The notes: generated by a model from the letters alone, not told the origin. A stretch of DNA of 64,000 nt from Octopus sinensis (GCF_006345805.1 NC_043018.1:21948001-22012000); one strand, 5' to 3'. Positions 37,401 through 49,941 are shown, numbered from the stretch's first letter. Numbers and translations are program-made.

Positions 37401-40400
37401 AGTGCGTAACTGGTACTTAATTTATCGATCCCGAAAGGATGAAAGGCAAAGTCGGCCTCGGCGGAATTTGAACTCACAACGTAACGGCAGACGAAATTAC
37501 CGCTAAGCATTTCATCCGGCGTGCTAACGTTTCTGCCAGTGCGCTGTCTTAACGACAATAATAGTAATTATTACCATACATAAATAGGAGTGAGAGAAGA
37601 TTCTAACAGTACAGAGTTTCGCCGAGACACAACTAGACTAATATCACAACACTTTAATTACCAGAGAAGTTCAATTTGGTAGCAAGGCTATATAATCATA
37701 TACCTAACTTCTATACAATTCATTCATATATACTCTAGTTTCTCCTTCCCATGATCACTCTTTTATGTTAAAATAGAGACATAAATCTGTGGCTGAATGG
37801 CTATCAGAACTGCCAAAGTAACAAAGCTTAAACTTGATTAATGTGTAACATATAGGCAAACCATTGTATGAAGGTCAAGTGCAACAGGAGTGTATATAGA
37901 AAATGGAGATTTTTCACTTTCATAAATTTTATTTAAAACTGTTTAATAAAATTTATGGATGTGAAAAATCTCTATTCTTCTTACTATTAATCATCATTAT
38001 CATCGTTTAATGTCGGTTTTCCATGCTAGCATGGGTTGGACAGTTCAACTGGGGTCTGGGAAACCAGAAGGCTGCACCAGGCCCAGTCTGATCTGGCAAT
38101 GTTTCTACGGCTGGATGCCCTTCCTAACGCCAACCACTCCGTAAGTGTAGTGGGTGCTTTTTACGTGCCAGATGGGGCTGGCAAATGTCCACCGGCACTG
38201 GCATCACAGCTGCAATTTCCATTGTTATTAATTATTCTATGGAACATATGCGGCCCTGAACAAGACATATGGAATTATCCAACAAGAGAAGTTACCAGTG
38301 CTCAACAACTCATTGTTAGCTTGAATACTACATAAGGTGATGCCCCAGGGTGGCCGCAATCCAATGACTGAAACAAGGTAAAAAAAAACCCTATATAAAT
38401 ACACACACACACACAAGGTAATGCAGTTCATTATCTTATACACACACACACTATATATATATATATATTATATATATACATATATAGATAGTGACTTGGC
38501 AAAGTGAGTTTACAGCTGTATCCTACACCAGTTTCACATAATCAGCCCCAGCCCATTCAAAAGTACCTTGAATTGTAGGGCAACCTGCTGTGCCTGAGGA
38601 GACCTATTGAGTCAAGTACATCAACATCAAAATGAAAATCAAATGGAAACTGTAGTTGTGATACTCGTGACGGCAGCACGTAAAAAGAACTATCTGAATG
38701 TGGCCGATGCCAGCGCTGCCTTGACTGGCTTCCGTCACCAACCGATCATGGCCCTTGCGAGCCGCCTCTGGCATGTAAAAAGCACCCACGACATTCAGAG
38801 TGGTTGGCGCTTGGAAGGGCATCCAGCTGTAGAAACACTGCCGGATCAGACTGGAACCTTGTGCAGCTTCCTGGCTTCCCAGACCCCGGTTGAACCATCC
38901 AACCCATGCTAGCATGGAAAACAGATGTTAAACGATGATGATGATATTTGTGTGTGTGTGTGTGTGTGTGTAAAGTACTAAAAACAAAGACTGTAAATCA
39001 TGAATAGATAATCAAAATCAATTTAATGACTGGCATCCATGCTAGCAAAGAGCACCATACGAGTGTGATCGTTGACAGAGTGGCTATTCGAGTATGATCG
39101 TTACCAGCGTCGCCTTACTGGCACTTATGCATGTGCTAGTAGAGTGCCAAGAGCACCATCCGAGTGTGATCGTTGCCAGAGCAGCCAACTGGCTTCCGTA
39201 CCCGTGGCATGTAAAAGGGCACCATTTGAGCGGGATCGTTACCAAAGTCGCTTCACTGACACTTGCAAAAAGATTCAAGCGAGGACATTGCCAGTACCGC
39301 CTGACTGGCCCCTGTGCCAGTGGCATGTAAAAAGCACCCACTACACTCTCGGAGTGGTTGGCGTTAATGGTGGCATCCAGCTGTAGAAACTCTGCCAGAT
39401 CAAGATTGGAGCCTGATGCAGCCATCTGGTTCACCAGCCCTCAGTCAAAATCGTCCAACCCATGCTAGCATGGAAAGCAGACGTTAAATGATATTTTATG
39501 TATTTCGTTTTGTATATCTTGAACTGCTAAATAACAAAGCAACTTGTGAATTCATTCTCTGCTGCAGGTAGCCAACAAGGCCTTAAAGTCATTGACACTC
39601 ATAGAAACACTCAGAGCCACACAAGGCCGTATTTCTACGTCGTTTTATTGCTTGCTTTCCCCCACTGAAGTGTCTATGTTCTATTACAACAAACTATACA
39701 GTAATTAGTCCTTCTGGTAACAGGAGACACTGAACAAGTGTGATGACCCAGCTGGACTAATGAAAAACAGTCCCCTAGCCATACACCACACTAAAAGAAT
39801 GTACTGATATATCCACAATACAACACTTAACAGCTACTACTCTAGCTGTGACCTCAATATGTGTGCTTCGCAACAGAACTTTCCAGAAATTTAAATACGA
39901 ATTAAGCAGTCCTATATCCTAAAGTGTTAATGGATTAGACAACAGATACTGAAAGCTTAGTTGATTTCTGAATGCCACTCTGCAATTCTGATAATGCTTT
40001 TTAAAAATTTATATTCCCTCAACTTTTTTAATTAGTTCTTGCTAAACTAAAAAGCTGTTTATTAATTGATTGCTGCTAAAACTAACGAGCTGTGATTTGA
40101 TAGGCTTGTTTGTCATGGAGAGATCAGCATTCTGACATTTCTCCTTCAATAAAAGGTTTGCCTCAAAATGCCAGGTTTTTCCATGTCCTTCCCCACTTGA
40201 TTGCAGTTGCTGATGCAAGATGGCACAATATTTCAAATCCATAACTAGTTTGGTCTGGGTTATAATCAATAATATCCAACAGAGATCTATTAAGAGATTC
40301 TGGCAAATAGACAAACATAAGTTCATCAATATCACCATTCTAATGTCCAATTTTCCATGCTACCTTCGAGACTCCAGTATGTACAGCATAGAAGTCAAAC

Positions 40401-41089
40401 TTCTATGTGGTTGTTTAATCTACAAGAAACAGCAACTAAATCTCATCCTAACATCTTGAAGTCCGAAGTAAACTGCCTAAACAAATAGGACCGATCATGA
40501 AGAGAATCTTTCAATCACTGATAAGTCAGCTTGATTAGGGGCTGGCCTAGGGACAACAGAGTCATGCAGGGCCCATATTTTAACATAAATTTGTTAAGGA
40601 CACCCAGTCTAGTGCCATAAAAAGATGTGTAAAATTACAAGTCACAGAGGAACTAGAAAGGCCACTGGTGCTCCCCGCCCCTCCAGAGAAGATTGAAAAA
40701 GAAAAAAAAAAATACCACACTCCCTCTCACTGCCCCGACTCAATGATACAATATGGTTACTCACTCCCATCATGGAATATATAAATAATTGTTTACAGCA
40801 GTAATATGCCCAATAATATATTGTTGCTGAGAAACAACACAGCCCACCCCACCAACCACCTCTCCAGTCTCTGTCCATACGTTATATAATTCAAGGCCGA
40901 AGCCAGGCATTGTTCAGAATTAGGTTAATAAATGCCACATGTAAAAACATCTCCTCCTCTCTATACACACATCTATCTATCTAAATAATAGCAGCAGCTA
41001 ACTATATTTTATATAAACATATTGTAATAACCAAGAACTGAATGATTTTGGCTTCAAGCCATAATTTTGTCAAGTGATATATATGTATG

Positions 41090-41136
<47 letters not shown>

Positions 41137-44100
41137 CTTTACTACCCACAAAGGGCTAAACACAGAGGAGACAAAGAAGGAAAGACAAACGGATTAAGTC
41201 GATTATATCGACCCCAGTGCGAAATTGGTACTTTATTTATCGACCCCGAAAGGATGAAAGGCAAAGTCGACCTCGGCGGAATTTGAACTCAGAACGTAAC
41301 GACAGACGAAATACCGCAAAGCATTTCGCCCAACTCGCAAATATATATATATATATATCCATCCACAGAGAAAGGAAAGTTTGTTAAATGCTGTGTCCAG
41401 AGGAAGGAAAATTAAATGTTTAAAAAATAAAAGTTCCAATTAGTATCAACCATTTGACCGTTAGGTCATTGACACCATTTTCAAGAATTAGAATTTGGCA
41501 CAGAACTTATCAAAAACTGGAAGCAGAATTTGCATATCACCACCTCTCCATTTTTAAAATAAAGAATGGATTTGTATGTGTGTGTGAGTGAGCAAGTGAG
41601 AGAGTGTGTGAGGGAAGTCAGCAGTTACTACTGCATGTTGGTAACATGTGAGAGACATGCAATCAAACAGTTGAGCATTTATCATTAAGTCACTCTACAC
41701 CAACGGACTGACTCAATGCTACACTCCCATCCCACCCCACCAATTTAAAATGAGTGTCAGGTTTTATGACCAACCCAACGTAATTAGCCAAGAGCCAATA
41801 GCTACGTTCACACAAGTTCTCAACACTTCTAACCAACTGCAATCTGGTGTATGGCTGTCACCATCAGTTTAAATGAGGTATTTCAAACCACTACAAACAT
41901 CAGCTACATAACTTTTAAATATTCAGTCTAAATAAGACAGGAAGGTCATGGACGGAACATCTCAGACCATAGGTTTGTTTGTTGCATCAGAACTTGCCTA
42001 GGATAAAGCATCACAAATTTTGTTGGTCCCATATATGTTGAGAAGGTGAGGTTTCATAGGAACAGAGTCCTTAAGTCAACAAAGATTTTATGTTAGATGT
42101 ACAATAAGATTAGACTATTAGACCCCTCAAAATTTAGACCATGTAGTTGTTAAGTGGATTTTTTTAAAAACTATACAGCCTTGCTTTTAATTATCAAATA
42201 AAACTGTCCACGGTATAGGGATGAACAGCACAACTCAACAGTTTTCTTTCTTACGTAAGTTTAATACCAAAGCAATCACGAACATAGTACATTGGTAACC
42301 CTTTGCGCATCTTGTGTATCACATGTGATAAATAACACACATTTCTCTGGCATCCATATATGATGCATATCAATTTTTTTTCTCCGACTATAAGAATAAC
42401 TTGGGACTTATGAAAAAAAAGGGAAGCTTTTTAGCTCTCAGAAGAAAAGGAACAGTTGCTACATCTGAACAGAATCAGCAGATGTTTAGGACAAATTTAT
42501 TAAAATGCTTTGGAGAGGCAAAAAGAGTCGATGAGTAGAAAGGTAATGGATGGTCGAAGCACTCCATCGGTTACGACGATGAGAGTTCCGGTTGATCCGA
42601 ATCAACGTGTAAGTGGCTGAGCACTCCACAGACACGTGTACCCTTATTGCAGTTCTCGGGGATATTCAGCGTGACACAGAGAGTGACAAGGCCAGCCCTT
42701 TGAAATACAGGTACAACAGAAACAGGAAGTAAGAGTGAGAGAAAGTTGTGGTGAAAGAGTACAGCAGGGATCACCACCATCCCCTGCCAGAGCCTCGTGG
42801 AGCTTTAGGTGTTTTCGCTCAATAAACACTCACAACGCCCGATCTGGGAATCGAAACCGCGATCCTATGACCGCTGCCCTAACCACTGGGCCATTGCGTC
42901 TCCACTAGAAAGGTAACACAGGGAACACAAAAGATATTTTGTAAGTCCACATCTTTTTATAACTTTTAGCATTTAAACTGACCATATATCTCGTCAAATA
43001 CCTTGTTTTATGTTTCAACGAGCCAAATTGGACCTCTCACACCTACCTAGAGTTATTCCAACAATAACCAATCCCATCATTGAAATATCAAAGCTATGAG
43101 ACAATGTATGATTAATTTAAAATAATGTGGATAAATAAGGATTACATTTGACAGTAATCTGAATGCTAAAAGGTTAATGCCACTAAATATAATTAATCTC
43201 TCTTTTTTATATTAAAGATCTTTTACTGCCTTGAAAGAGTCATCATACCAATATTATTAACACAAGCGCCGGCTCAGTTCCACTTCTTTATTATTAGTCT
43301 TTTACCTTAGTAACAAAGGTGATAAGTCATTGTTTACCGATTCCACACATACTTAACAGGCTTGTTTACAATGGTACTGGACTTTTACCAAAAGACTTGT
43401 AGAAACAGCTAAAAAAAAAGTTTGACTAAAACAAATTTAACATATAGCACAAGTAACCAAAAGTAATTTTACCATATGTTGGAATTTGGAATTAAAAACC
43501 CCCAGCTTGTTTGTTATAATTATAATGTTAGGGGAGACTGAATGGTAAGCAGTTTGCTTTTCAACCACATTGATCCAGGTTCAGCCCCACTGAGTGGCAC
43601 TTTGGGAAATTGCCTTCTACTATAGCTCTAGGTTGACCAAAGCTTTGCGAGTAGATTTGGCCAGTGGAAACCACAGATGCCTGCCAATATATCTACCTGT
43701 ATCTTTGCACTTATCTCCCACCATTGCTTGACGATCAGTGTTGGTTTGCTTATATCCTCGTAACTTAGCGCTTCACCAAAAGACCAACAGGATTAAAAGA
43801 AAAAAAAGTACAGGGTTTGATTTGTTTGACTAAACCCTTCAAAGTAGTGTCCCTGTATGGCTGCAGTCTAATGACTAAGACAAGTAAAGAAAGAAAGAAA
43901 AGAAGTCAGTAAAAAAAGGCACTTTTCGTATAGACATCATTGGTGCCTGATGTTCTGAGTTCAAATCAGATAACAGCCCACTTTACTATTTATTAGCCTG
44001 GGGTTAGAGTTAAAAAAAAAAGCTTTGTAAGTTCGAAATATAGGTGATGCGTCAAACAAAACAAACAAATATATATATCTATAAATCTATTTCCGTAAAC

Positions 44101-45275
44101 CTGCCTTCGTCTTTTGTCTATTTTCATAAAGCTTCCCGTTATATATATATATATAAAATACAAAATGGGACAAGAACGCAAAACATCCGGATAGCTAGGT
44201 GATACAAAGCAAACAAGGACGGGTCATTCGAAGCCCTATATCCTCAGTCAAGCACCAGAATATCCTCGCAATTTCGGCTGATAATCTGGTGCTTGACTAA
44301 GGATAGAGGGCTTCGAATGACCCGTCCTTGTTTTCTTTGTATCTTCTATCTGGGTGCTTTGTTGTCCCTTCTTGTATCACCTAGCTGTCTGGGTGTTTTG
44401 CGTTCTTGTCCCATTTTGTATTATATTATATATAAACATATTTAAATATACACAAACACACAATACTATCAACCCACATCTGTTTTCCAATCAAGCCACA
44501 ATGGAAAAATCTGGAACACTGAAGTTAAATATAAAGCACGTGCGCATTTGCAAGTGAAAAGAAAACAAGAATGACCTTTAAAAGGAAAGGAGCAAGGACA
44601 GAAGTAAGAGGGGGTGGGGAAAATAAACTACACAGGGGGGAGGAGGTATTATTGTTGTGGGAATTGCTTTCTACGTTTATTACTACGTCAACACGAACAA
44701 CTCAGCAATCTTTTTGGCAACGGATTAATTGATATGGGGCATAATGAGAATCGCATATCAACCAAGTTTATTTATACTAGCTTTATTTTATACACACCAA
44801 CGTTACACACACGTTATGTAACGATTTATACACAAACTAGTTGAATATGAATGAGACTTAAAAGATTGCAAATTTGAAAGGGGGGTACCAACCAAATTTA
44901 TAAATTTTTGCAAAGAAACAAATCGCCAGTGACTTTCATTCAAGTTTCGGTATACATCAGTTTCATGATGGTTCGTAAACCGAGACATCGAGATCACTAT
45001 CAACTTTGTCTTTAAATACACACACACACGAGTGGTGCAAAAGTCTCACATCAGTAAAATATAAACATTTATATCACATTTGCAAAAAAATTACAGCAGA
45101 TTGTTATTTTACTGGTGCGCGACTTTTGCTCCCCCACCTCCTGTAAGTATGTATATGTGTGTGTGTGTGTATATATATGAGAGAGGTAGTGAGGGGGCAT
45201 GTGTTAAGTAAATAGTAAATAAATGCTATATAATTAATAATAGCTCTTTAATTGCTTATAAATGCATTTTGTTTA

Positions 45276-45313
<38 letters not shown>

Positions 45314-48300
45314 GCGTGTGTAAATCAATGATGGGTGTAACGCACTCGTGCCTGTCGAAAACGGACGAATTCACCTTTACATCATGAATCATATATTTTC
45401 ATTAGAACTGAACAGATTCAGACCTCAAGCAGGTTCTTGTAACCTCCATACACAAAAAAGAAGGTTCGTGTACATAAAAAAATATAGACACAAACGATAT
45501 CTCATTTACCCGTTAACGAGTAGTTTACACGTGCGTGTATGTACATATATTTATACATGTATGTGTGTGTGTGTGTGTATATATGTCGTATTTCCTGCAG
45601 CATCGTTAATGCGTAAATTGCGTGCGGTTGTATATTATTATACACACATGTACACATATATAGTGTACCTCATATACGCGTTAATGCGTAAATTGTGAGT
45701 GTAGGAAGGTACATATCTACATCTATCTATATATATATATATAGCATCTTATGTTGCATCGTTGCGGTTATATATTATTATACACACATGTACACATATA
45801 TAGTGTACCTCATATACGCGTTAATCGTGTGTGTAGGTACATATCTACATCTATCTTATCTATCTATCTATCTATATATAGCATCTTATGTTGCATCGTT
45901 AAAGTATAGATTGCGACTGTGTATAAATAAATCTATATACACACACATATATATACTGCTTCTCCAGTAAGCACTGTTAATGCGCAAATTACACACACAT
46001 ATACACATCCTAAACGTGTTGATTGCTTATGTATGTACATAGATCGATACACAGACATACATACTGCATCTTATATAATTAATTACTGCGTAGATCACAT
46101 GCGTGTGAACATATCAATATATACACGCATACACATATATATATATTGCCTTACATGGAGTACCACTGATGTGTAGATTGCGCGCATGTATGTATATTTT
46201 GAGAGAGCTAACTGAATACTACATACATATCATTGCTATTATGTTAAACCGTTGTATGTCCAAATTGGGCCAAAATGCGTTTTTCTTTTTTTGGGGTTTA
46301 CAATATTCAATTTTGCTTGGAATAGCTGGTTCTTTTGGTCAAACTATCGTATCTCCAACTGCCTCAGATGCCAAGATATGTAGTACAACGGTTTGGCATT
46401 TTCCAAAGGTGTGTAGTAAATGGCACATAGGACAGGTTTGCGAAAATATTTCTTGACTGAAAATGTCACACATACATGGAGTTTGGATTTTATGCCCCAA
46501 ACAAAGTATTATTTATTGTTAAGCTGAAACTGTTGCTAATGTAAAAAGTAATTAAATGGATTGGTGAAACTATTTTTCCGTTTTCTGGAAAAGCAACGAT
46601 ATGTACATTCACCATTCATAATTTTTATTCAAGAGTACATTATCATGTATATATATATATATATTTACACACACACATATATATATATCAGGTAAGGTGA
46701 AAAGATTATCTATTCACAAGATAAGCTTAACGAATACGTGAAGTAGTTGAGTTGAAATATAGAGATAAGGTCGACAAACAGATAACCCTGAGATACGATT
46801 CGGGTTGATATATAAATAGAAGACAGGTTGTTGATATATATATATATATGAGAGAGAGGGTGCTCTCCACACAGACTTTGTTTCCTCATAACTTACAGAA
46901 AAATTGATGTTTGATGTAGACTAAAGCATGTTTGTAGAAAATTTCTTTCTCATAAAGTTATGTGGAAACAACGTCAGAGGAGGACGGGGTGCACAATTGT
47001 GTAGTTATGCATATATATTGCACACACATCTCTTTTTTTGGCATCGTTGCATGGCGAGAATAGAATTACAAATAATGTAGGGCATAGTGCACCAAAAAAC
47101 AGCAATTTGTATGGTTGGCTATATTTCAGCATCACAGGTCACTATTCTGCAAGAAGAAGAATAAAACAATAAATACTCGAGTGCGTACTCGTACCCGTTG
47201 TGATTTTTCGGTTGAGGAAACTCCAAAGGAGAGCTGAACAGCCGAAGGTCCTCAGATAAGGAACCTATCTCTTCATGTAAGGGTTTTGGCCCTCAACTCT
47301 TAAAAGCAGAAAAATCGCAAAGGTGTGCTTGTGTGCGCGCCAAAAAAACACCTCCAGTACCAAGTTTTCTTTCTCTTTTTGCCAGAATCGTAACCAAAGT
47401 TACTCGAAACAGACATTTTCTAAAAGAGACTACAGCTTTGGTGTTCAAGATAATTTCGGACTCTATTCTACAGGAATGCCATATAATATATATTATTGGT
47501 AGTGATGGTGACTGGGGGAAGAGGAGGTGGAAGATATAGCTGTGTAATAGAATAGTATAGGGTGTATGAGGGGTAGATTGAGGAGGAGTGAAAGCAACGA
47601 CAGAGGAACAGAGAGAATAGACTGAGAAGGTTAATAGTCGGGTGGAGAGAAATAGATAATGGCGGGAGAAGATCAAGAATAGACAGAAAGATGTCTTATT
47701 TAGCACACCACACTTATATTTATCTGTAGACACACACGCATATATGTATATAAATATATTTAGGTATACCTCAACTTACGCTGTTTCGAGTTACGTTTTT
47801 TTTTCTCTCGAATAACGTCGTCTTTATAAGAAACCAATGGAAAAAAAGAAACCAACTGCACTCTCAATCTCAGTGATCATGTTTAAAAACATTTTTATTT
47901 ATATCTGATCTATATCTAAATTTTGTTCTATCCTCCTCTTTCTCTCTCTCCTCACACAAAATATACACGCAGAGGCATACCTCAACTTACGTCGGTAATT
48001 ATTCCCAAACATTTTATATTTTTGAAAGCACAAAAACCGATAATGAAGTGGAAAATCAAATGCAATACATGTGAAAATACGGAGAAACCATCTATTAAAA
48101 ACTGATAAGCTAATAGAGGCTTTTTTAAAAATAGATTTTTCGTGTGAGGCTGTTTGTCCGCATCAAGTCGCATGGCTTGGAGGAAATAATTACCGACGTA
48201 AGTTGAGGTATGCCTCTGCGTGTATATTTGTGTGAGGGGAGAGAGCGAGAGGAGGATAGAATAAAATTTAGATATAGATCAGGTGTGAGAGATAACGATG

Positions 48301-49024
48301 GTAGATAAGGGTTAGAGAGAATCTCTCTCTCTCTATATATATATATATATAAATATATCGCTTTTAGCAATGAGTGGGTGTAGGAACTGACAAATTCATT
48401 GATCTCATATCTATCAAATAGTGTGAGTGCGCGTAAAAGCGAGTCTTTGATATCCGCATAGTCGAGTGTGCGCGTGTATATATATATATATATATAATAT
48501 ATATATATATACACATAGAGAGATAAATAAAAGAGAGTATCCTTGAGTAAAAGCACAGTTCGACCAATTTGAAATCAGCGATCTTTTTCGTTACATAATC
48601 TACTACACACTGTCACATAATAGCAGATGCTTGTGTACAAAAAGCACCCAATATGTTATTATATATTAAATTGCGCACTAAGCAACTCTGAGAAGGTATT
48701 GGTTAAACGCATCTGTACTGAAACGGAAGGGAAAAAAAAGACCTCAAAGCATTTAACATTTATATATATATATATATATGATGATTTCATTTGAATGAAA
48801 CAGTTCTAGTCCTGTAGAAGCTCCTTCTACAAAATAAATTAATTTACTCTGCTATGTATTGAGTACCTTATTTACTGTGGTTAACCCCGACTCAACCCGG
48901 GACCTACATATATATATATATATGTGTGTGTATATATATTGTTCAATATCCTTTTTGTTTTCTTCAAGGTTGTTGCTCTGACACGCATCTTCTTTCATAG
49001 TGTGTCTAGCAACCATCTATATAT

Positions 49025-49055
<31 letters not shown>

Positions 49056-49147
49056 GTGTGTGTATATATACTGTTCAATATCCTTTTTGTTTTCTTCAAG
49101 GTTGTTGCTCTGACACGCATCTTCTTTCATAGTGTGTCTAGCAACCA

Positions 49148-49194
<47 letters not shown>

Positions 49195-49560
49195 TGGCTG
49201 CTAGACACACTATGAAAGCAGATGCGTGTCAGAGCAACAACCTTAAAGACAACAAAAAGGATATTGAACAATATAATAATGGACTGATGTCGAAGCAAAA
49301 TATATTCCTAACATGGAAAGCAATATATATACGTTAAATCAAGACTAGTAATTAATTCAAAAGTAGTAATTTAGATACGGATTATAGTAATTAAATAATA
49401 ACAAGTAACTAATTAATTAGTAGCTAATTAAGAGTGGTTTTGTGTTCTTACTTACCATGGATTGGTAGACATAGGAAGCATACATTTCCATGTTAATTTG
49501 ACGATTGATGCCAGCTTCGGAATCCTCGTGGAAATTTTGGCGTGGGTTACTGTCGCACAT
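31326..49560 (-). CDS. FTH1: Ferritin, H-type/soma ferritin, 171 aa, 4 exons: join(49456..49560,34694..34840,33300..33425,31326..31463)
   Basis: Manual splicing gives [171 protein letters not shown]. All introns are GT-AG and phase 0, at the positions known from vertebrate FTH1. Ferroxidase residues E25, Y32, E59, E60, H63, E105, Q139 are present; no signal peptide. The symbol denotes family-level homology only. Confidence 0.97.
31730..32097 (+). mobile_element. CORE-like tRNA SINE in ferritin intron 3
   Basis: Family match. Confidence 0.85.
32928..33159 (-). mobile_element. Nin/Deu-domain-type SINE in ferritin intron 3
   Basis: GCCTTTCATCCTTTCAGGGTCGATTAAATAAGTACC on minus; related copies at 37325-37550, 41133-41335 and 55600-55822. 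Confidence 0.8.
33300..33425 (-). CDS. FTH1: Ferritin coding exon 3 (aa 85-126)
   Basis: Acceptor TTTTTTCTCAG; KPDNDDWG...[26 protein letters not shown]; donor GTAATT. Confidence 0.97.
34694..34840 (-). CDS. FTH1: Ferritin coding exon 2 (aa 36-84)
   Basis: Acceptor TTTTCAG; [11 protein letters not shown]...[21 protein letters not shown]; donor GTTAGT; overlaps ORF 34604..34801. Confidence 0.97.
34983..35139 (-). pseudogene. Diverged copy of the ferritin 3' UTR (31137-31304) inside intron 1
   Basis: Colinear match by eye, including ACCAAGGAATAGAATACA, TGTAGAGGAAC, the poly(A/T) tract and TGAGTAGCTTTG; same orientation as the real UTR. Confidence 0.85.
35171..35490. mobile_element. Inverted pair of Penelope-type terminal repeats with degenerate hammerhead motifs
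   Basis: Arms 35171-35281 and 35383-35490; GACAC-CTGACGA-T-GGCTG...CAGCC-GAAAC-GTGTT at 35404-35446. Confidence 0.55.
35528..35894 (+). mobile_element. CORE-like tRNA SINE in intron 1
   Basis: Family match. Confidence 0.85.
35975..36592 (-). mobile_element. Ty3/Gypsy gag N-terminal remnant interrupted by a SINE (36137-36538)
   Basis: [13 protein letters not shown]...[SINE]...[47 protein letters not shown]. Confidence 0.5.
38575..39492 (+). mobile_element. Two Ceph-domain-type SINE copies with variable internal repeats
   Basis: Family tail and Ceph-like block at about 38780-38945 and 39320-39492. Confidence 0.7.
42558..42905 (-). mobile_element. Young tRNA-derived SINE (same family as 25216-25585)
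   Basis: Near-identical sequence with two small deletions. Confidence 0.85.
44158..44422. repeat. Long inverted repeat / fold-back in intron 1
   Basis: ATACAAAATGGGACAAGAACGCAAAACA...AAGGACGGGTCATTCGAAGCCCT versus their reverse complements. Confidence 0.85.
45030..45138. mobile_element. Small Tc1/mariner-like MITE remnant
   Basis: GTGGTGCAAAAGTCTCACATCAGTAAAAT / ATTTTACTGGTGCGCGACTTTTGCTCCCCCAC. Confidence 0.5.
47904..48282. repeat. Inverted repeat with ~100-nt arms (MITE-like)
   Basis: ATATACACGCAGAGGCATACCTCAACTTACGTCGGTAATTATT and its exact reverse complement. Confidence 0.85.
48932..49273. repeat. ~85-nt unit: two direct copies and one inverted copy separated by (TA)n
   Basis: TGTTCAATATCCTTTTTGTT...GTGTCTAGCAACCATCTA at about 48939 and 49072; inverted at 49190-49271. 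Confidence 0.9.
49456..49560 (-). CDS. FTH1: Ferritin coding exon 1 (aa 1-35)
   Basis: AAAAATG start context; [35 protein letters not shown]; donor GTAAGT. Confidence 0.96.
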
Positions 49561-49857
49561 TTTTGTCGGTTTCTTGGTTCCTTAACTAATTCTTTGATTG
49601 AGAACACTTCGATCTCTTTTTTTTTACCTTAAATCGCTAGGATTTCTAATAAAGGTGACGGCAAAAGTAATTAATGTTGGTTGATTGAAAAAACAAAATT
49701 TTAAATAAAAACTGCGATTATTTAAAATTAAGAACTTTTAAAAACTGGAAAACTGAAAAGTTAATTTTCTTTTTTTTTATATATATATATATATAAAAAG
49801 GAAGGAAAAATAAGAATTATTAATTAAAAGCGTTTTGCAAAGTATGGTTAAGAATAT

Positions 49858-49885
49858 GTCCGTACGTTCACTGACGCAGCTAGAC
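49858..49885 (-). promoter_or_regulatory. Iron-responsive element (IRE) in ferritin 5' UTR
   Basis: Minus strand GTCT-AG-C-TGCGT-CAGTGA-ACGTA-C-GGAC: CAGUGN loop (49868-49873), 5-bp upper stem, bulged C, lower stem; lies just 3' of the inferred TSS. Confidence 0.93.
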
Positions 49886-49916
49886 TATTTCTTATGCCGA
49901 GCTAACGCAACGGTGC

Positions 49917-49924
49917 TTTATATA
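49917..49924 (-). promoter_or_regulatory. TATA box of ferritin
   Basis: TATATAAA(G) about 29 nt upstream of a CA dinucleotide at 49896-49895 (inferred TSS), 10 nt before the IRE. Confidence 0.75.
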
Positions 49925-49941
49925 GTCTGCAGATGCGGCTG

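Noticed and set aside
40000-40520. Possible old RTE endonuclease remnant or duplicate ferritin exons in intron 1
   Set aside because: No ferritin similarity; LINE similarity too degraded to support by eye.
49552-49560. Met-Cys N-terminus of ferritin as an oxygen-sensing N-degron
   Set aside because: Cys is followed by Asp-Ser, which is more suggestive of N-acetylation; no further support from the sequence.
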